From assembly GCA_008632985.1 (NCBI GenBank), contig QPGO01000143.1, positions 124,001-188,000 of the forward strand: a stretch of DNA of 64,000 nt, read 5' to 3'. The stretch comes from Psammoneis japonica. Its lineage: Eukaryota. The notes beneath the pieces are model-generated. The model saw only the letters and a program-made list of their open reading frames with translations. It ran no database searches and was not told the DNA's origin. The position numbers and the translations under genes were made by a program. This document shows, one piece after another, positions 60,988-64,000 of the stretch. Every line of letters begins with the position of its first letter. The stretch's first letter is position 1.

Positions 60988-61449
60988 AGCAGGTTGAATG
61001 TTGGCAGTTTGTGGCTGATGGTTGATTGGTGGTGCGATGTCTTTGTTGTTGGCAGGATGCAACTCAATGCGACGCTGACTGTGTTTTAACGACGGTGCGA
61101 CCTCGTTTCGTCCTCTGGTTCTCTAAAACCTTGACAGTGAGATTCCGCATCCGTCAAGAGTGGCTTTTCCTCTATGTGGTGTCTGGCACATTTCTACGTT
61201 GTGGTGAGAGCACAATTTTCCTTGTGGTGAGAGCACAATTTTGCCCAGCCGCAGCTGCTGGCTGAAAAAAGTCTGATCGTCAGTGCGTTTGGGGGTTTTG
61301 CAAGTGCAATTTTCACATGCGCAAAAGAAGACGAGTCTGTCCAGCATTCACCAAAACCCCCCAACGCACAGATTGACAGACTCTTTCAGTTCAATTTCTA
61401 CACAAAATTCTTCAGCCAGCAGCTGGCTGGAGACCTTCCCCCAGAATGA

Positions 61450-62980
61450 GCTGTCGATGCGATGATTGCGATGATGATGATGATGTTGTGACGCGAGGAT
61501 GATGTTGTGTGAGTCACGAGGGCGGGAGGACAGACCAGTCACGCAAAACTCGTGCGTGCGTGCGTGCGCACGAGGTTGACAAAAAAGTGCGACGACCGAC
61601 GACGACTCATCTTTTGTGCAATGGCTCAATCACTTGGCCAGCGGTGGGGAGTCGGCACAGACAAAATGATGCTGATGTCAAATTTCACTGGCTTGAAGTG
61701 GCCGGGCGGGTGGCAAAACAAACACCCACTTTCGCTGGAGCTGGTTGAGGACAAGAACTTCAGCAGTGCAGCGTCATCCACCACCCACCACAACTTCAAC
61801 CACCATGTTGAGGTGCACCCCTGTTTTGTGAACAGGTGAGGAACTTTGGCCCCATCCATGGTTGTGGATTGAAAGGACACCCAGGCATGTGACTGAGTTT
61901 GTCCCAGGCAGCAGCTGGAAAGAGCTCAGTGATTTTTGCAGTTGATCTAAGTTGGGGTGTGTCACAGAAATTCAGCTCAGGCAGTGGGTGCAAATCTGAT
62001 GTCACAGAAACTTCTGCAAAGCTGCAAAATCTCATTGCACACAGTTGTGGCTCAGAGCAGCACTGTGCAGGCATTTTGCTCAAAGTGCATGACTTTGTGT
62101 GACAACAATTTGAAAAAGCATGTGCCACCATCACAGCCACTGCGGTGCACCGCTTGAGTCATGTTTTGTCCAGCACCGTTTGCTCAAACACACGATGTGT
62201 TTGAGCAAGAAATGGGCTGAATGTGTTTGAACAATTGCTCAAATTTGTTGAGCAATTGTTGCTCAAACATGTGCTGCAAGTGCAAAGTGGAGGCTGCCTG
62301 CACAGAGCTGGCCCACTGCACAGTGCTTGCAGTGCACACTGCAATTGCTGCTTTTGTCAACTGGTGCATGCAGGGGTGTCAGTGCAAAAAACAAAAGCAT
62401 CAGAAACAAAGTGGTGTTTGCAGCCATTGGCGACCAACAAAGAGCGCAGTTTCTCTGTGACAACACCTTCAAGAAACCCAGCAATCCAATGAAAAACATG
62501 TGGCACAAACTTGTGCATGAAAATGTTGAAAGTTCTGGCAGAACAGGCTTGATGGGGGGTGGGGTGCAACAAGAAGAAGAGAAAGTGTTGCACAACATTT
62601 TTGCCTCTTGTTTCGATCGAAAACATTTTTCAAAGTGTGCTGAGGAATTGACATGTGCCACAACATTGAGGTTTGTTGTTCCAAGTCAAAAACATGTGGC
62701 AAATGGATCATCAGTGTGCCGACACTGTCTTCATGTCATCAGAGCGCCATGATGCAACGTCCTCGGCCGTGTGCCAACATGGTGGATTTTTTTCACACAG
62801 GGCTCTGTTGCACCAAGCTGGCAAATGTTTTTGACCAATTGCTCAATCTTGCGCAAGTTTGAGCAATCTCGGAAGTTTGAGCATTTTGCTCAAACTTGCC
62901 AAGTTTGAGCAAATGGGGACGCAAATTTGAGCTGTTGCTCCTTTCAGTCGCGAAAGCAAGACTGGAACTCTCAGTCATGA
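61450..62980. repeat. Degenerate TpA-depleted tract (unclassified)
   Basis: TA nearly absent; CG also scarce in 61800-62700. Confidence 0.6.
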
Positions 62981-63150
62981 CCGTTAACTTTTACTTAGCA
63001 TGCGCCCTGACTCTGCAAGACTCTCACAAAATCGCATCTCTGCAAACGAAAGCCGAAAGCTGCAAATTCACCCTCTCCCCTCTTAGTGTAGAGAACTAAC
63101 TGGCATGATTGATCGATCTACTAAAAGTGATTGTCCAGAAACTCATCAAC

Positions 63151-64000
63151 ATGAAATCCCCGTTTCGCTACACAGCACTGATGATGTTAAATTTCATCCC
63201 GTTGTTGAGATTGATGTGGCTTCATCCGATTCATGAGAAGTCGGAAGAAATGTTCGTAACGGATCCTGATAAACCCGTTACCGACTTGCCTAACTTGCAA
63301 GAGGAGCATTCCTTATGCGCATCTTGGGACAAGAACATGGATGACTGGTGGACAAGCCATCCCGATTGGAGTCTCTCATCTGAGAATGACACGCACTACT
63401 GCTTTTCGCCGATGGAAGACAAAGCCAAAGCTAAGTTCTTCCGGAGACTACACGACATTCAACATAACGGAGACTGCTCAAATATGGTAGTTAAGGAGCT
63501 TTGGTCATCAGGTTGGGGAGCTGACTTTCTTAACATTAATGATGGTCTCATTCACGCCCTCGATGCGAAACAACCGGTGCAAATGCACACACATAGCCAT
63601 TGGCACTACGCGGCCAACAAGGAGAATGGGAGTCATGCTGCGTGCCCGAAAAAGGATCTGTCTTGCTTCTTTCTGAATATGTCATCTTGTGAGGTACCGG
63701 ATGACCTTCCCAGAGAGAAAGTGGTCAATGCTCTTCTTGCAACGAAATATTCTCTCCATATTCATGAACTCATGTCGAGCTGGGCATACGAATACGCGAC
63801 CCGCCCACAAAGCTGGCTGAGGCGTGCCGTGTATGAGTACTCAACCAAATCGGCTAATCTATCTACGCCGTGTGCGGCCATGCACGTCCGTAGAGGTGAT
63901 GTTGTACTGCATGGCAATTGGTCACGAAAGTACCACGAGATTCACGAGTACATCGACGCAGCAACGGAACGAAATCGTTCTCTACACAAAGATGAACGAA
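63151..64000 (+). CDS. Alpha-1,6-fucosyltransferase-like (GT23) protein, truncated by window end
   Basis: My translation: MKSPFRY...TM...DDWWTSHPDW...SSGWGAD...CAAMHVRRGDVVLH; open to the end. Confidence 0.7.
   Translation, partial: MKSPFRYTALMMLNFIPLLRLMWLHPIHEKSEEMFVTDPDKPVTDLPNLQEEHSLCASWDKNMDDWWTSHPDWSLSSENDTHYCFSPMEDKAKAKFFRRLHDIQHNGDCSNMVVKELWSSGWGADFLNINDGLIHALDAKQPVQMHTHSHWHYAANKENGSHAACPKKDLSCFFLNMSSCEVPDDLPREKVVNALLATKYSLHIHELMSSWAYEYATRPQSWLRRAVYEYSTKSANLSTPCAAMHVRRGDVVLHGNWSRKYHEIHEYIDAATERNRSLHKDER

Larger units (their letters stand above)
57302..61244 (+). mobile_element. Mutator-like (MULE) DNA transposon
   Basis: ~105-bp TIRs (57302-57408, 61139-61244), 9-bp TSD CCAGCCGCA (57293-57301, 61245-61253), transposase-like ORFs inside. 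Confidence 0.9.
57281..61443. mobile_element. Second (inverted) copy of the 17178-17385 MITE, split by the Mutator-like element; TSD GAAT
   Basis: 57281-57301 plus 61254-61443 reconstitute the MITE; GAAT at 57277-57280 and 61444-61447. Confidence 0.85.

Overview
Eukaryotic nuclear DNA, very probably from a diatom: short GT-AG introns, bipartite ASAF/AVAF plastid presequences, diatom-type class II FBA and RPL13. Ordinary genes (flavin oxidoreductase, Man1/Src1-like, RPL13, menB, FBA, histidine phosphatase, RAP protein, sulfatase, lipase, double-Costars protein, ARF, NDUFAF7, GT23-like) alternate with transposon-derived blocks. These include a complete Ty3/Gypsy element, an RLE-type non-LTR fragment, a Mutator-like element nested in a MITE, several MITEs, a Crinkler-like NTPase-REase pseudogene and long degenerate tracts. 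The main signal is that repeat DNA has lost nearly all TpA dinucleotides through TA>TG and TA>CA transitions (A>G on either strand), while neighbouring genes look untouched. Tyr codons became Cys/His (RT YxDD reads CIDD) and the two LTRs differ only at TpA-derived sites. This looks like a repeat-targeted, post-insertion adenine hypermutation process running opposite to fungal RIP. The responsible enzyme is not visible in this window, and a sequencing or base-calling artefact must be excluded.
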